A DNA stretch of 63,124 nt, filler included, from Olpidium bornovanus S191 (Eukaryota > Fungi > Olpidiomycota), in the NCBI GenBank assembly GCA_017911155.1. It is 27 parts of 27 records of this genome, joined end to end, with 100 filler letters (N's around TTAATTAATTAA, not from the genome) between each part and the next. Parts side by side here need not be neighbours in the genome. Positions count along the whole stretch, not along the records: positions 61,771 to 63,124 come from JAEFCI010004549.1; 26 more parts are not named here. One strand, 5' to 3'. The notes under the pieces were generated by a model. That model worked only from the letters and a program-made list of their open reading frames with translations. It did not search any database and had not been told where the DNA came from. The translations under genes were made by a program, and so were the position numbers. Positions 62,208 to 63,124 of the stretch are shown piece by piece (the stretch's first letter is position 1; each line of letters starts with the position of its first letter).

Positions 62208-62780
62208 CTACACCAGCAAGTCGCCCAGGATTCGGTTGATCCAGCGCTGGAAGGTCGCTGGAGCATTGCAGAGGCCGAACGGCATCACCACCCACTCGAA
62301 ATGGCCGTAGCGGGTGTTGAATGCCGTTTTCGGGATATCCTCTGCCCGAATCCAGAGTTGATGATAGCACGACATCAAATCGAAGGCCGAGAAGCGCGTC
62401 GCGCCTCGAAGGCGCTGGCGGATCTCGTCGATTTGTCCGAGGGGGGTTGCGTCCTTTATTGTTGATTTGTTGAGGTAACGGAAGTCCATGCACGTGCGGA
62501 GCTTGCCGTTAGCTTTCTGAACGAAGAGGACGGACGCCCCCCACGGAGACTTGCTGTAGCGTATGTGCCCGGCGCGCAGGAGTTCGGTCAGTTGTTGCTT
62601 CATCTCCCCGAGTTCTAGCTCAGAGAGATGGTACAACGAGAAAGACTTCGCCCTGGCGCAGAGTTCCAAGTTGATTTCATGCTCGGCGGTCAAAGACAGC
62701 TGCGCTACGGGCGGCAGCTTGTCCGGCATGACGGGGGCGAGGCGCAGAAAAAGTTCTTCGAAGCGCTTGCGGAGAGGCCC
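62208..62780 (-). mobile_element. Ty3/gypsy reverse transcriptase fragment, truncated before YxDD
   Basis: LYHLSELELGEMKQQLTELLRAGHIRYSKSPWGASVLFVQKANGKLRTCMDFRYLNK...FDLMSCYHQL...KTAFNTRYGHFEWVVMPFGLCNAPATFQRW, then a TAG and non-RT sequence. Confidence 0.95.
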
Positions 62781-63124
62781 CCGCAGCTCGCCGAGCTTGG
62801 CCTTTATACGCGCTGCCGTGTCGGTGGCGGCACGGTGTGTGTCGAAGTAAACGAGGGGGTTTTGGGCTTCCCCCTCGTTACGGGTCGGGTCGGTCTCGGT
62901 GTAACAAGTGTATTGTTTATCTGCGCAATGCGCTATCTGGAGATAATGTATACACGAGTCTAGCTCTAGAATCTGGATCTGGGTCTGGATATTGTGCTGG
63001 GACTTTTTATGCTAACTGAGAGCGTAGCTCTAAAGGTACGTCTACATACGCTATATATGCGGCCGCCATGGCCGGCGCCGTAGCTGTTATATGGTGTGCG
63101 TACGTGTGCTTACGCAGTACCACG

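Overview
Eukaryotic nuclear DNA, GC-rich and intron-containing. The window is not one locus: it is 27 short contigs joined by 26 artificial ~100-nt spacers (N-run + TTAATTAATTAA + N-run), so adjacency across a spacer means nothing. The gene content points to a non-Dikarya (early-diverging) fungus (inference). Fungal-type genes (APSES-ankyrin Mbp1/Res factor, DASH subunit Dad4, Alb1, Cyc3 heme lyase, OPT transporter) occur with genes that yeasts lack (Twinkle primase-helicase, U11/U12-65K/RNPC3, CLASRP). Other recognisable, mostly partial genes: type II PI4-kinase, CysRS C-terminus, Rab GGTase beta, Nup96, COX5A/Cox6 and a RING-H2 protein. There is also one tRNA-Leu(AAG) and decayed Ty1/copia, Ty3/chromovirus, LINE-like and DDE-transposon fragments. 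Top leads: (1) minor-spliceosome evidence, namely RNPC3 plus a candidate 82-nt AT-AC intron in CLASRP overlapped by a 3-nt-shifted GT-AG alternative; (2) a Twinkle with an intact Cys4 zinc-binding domain but apparently degenerate TOPRIM acidic motifs; (3) a spliced member of an uncharacterised RYLWTDAF protein family; (4) a FAR1/WRKY-GCM1-fold polyQ factor with no transposase domain; (5) a Cys-rich secreted protein; (6) an A-tract minisatellite and ~360-bp monomer repeats upstream of a retroelement-like ORF1; (7) strong enrichment of CATG at contig ends. All family calls come from motif recognition by eye; no database search was run.
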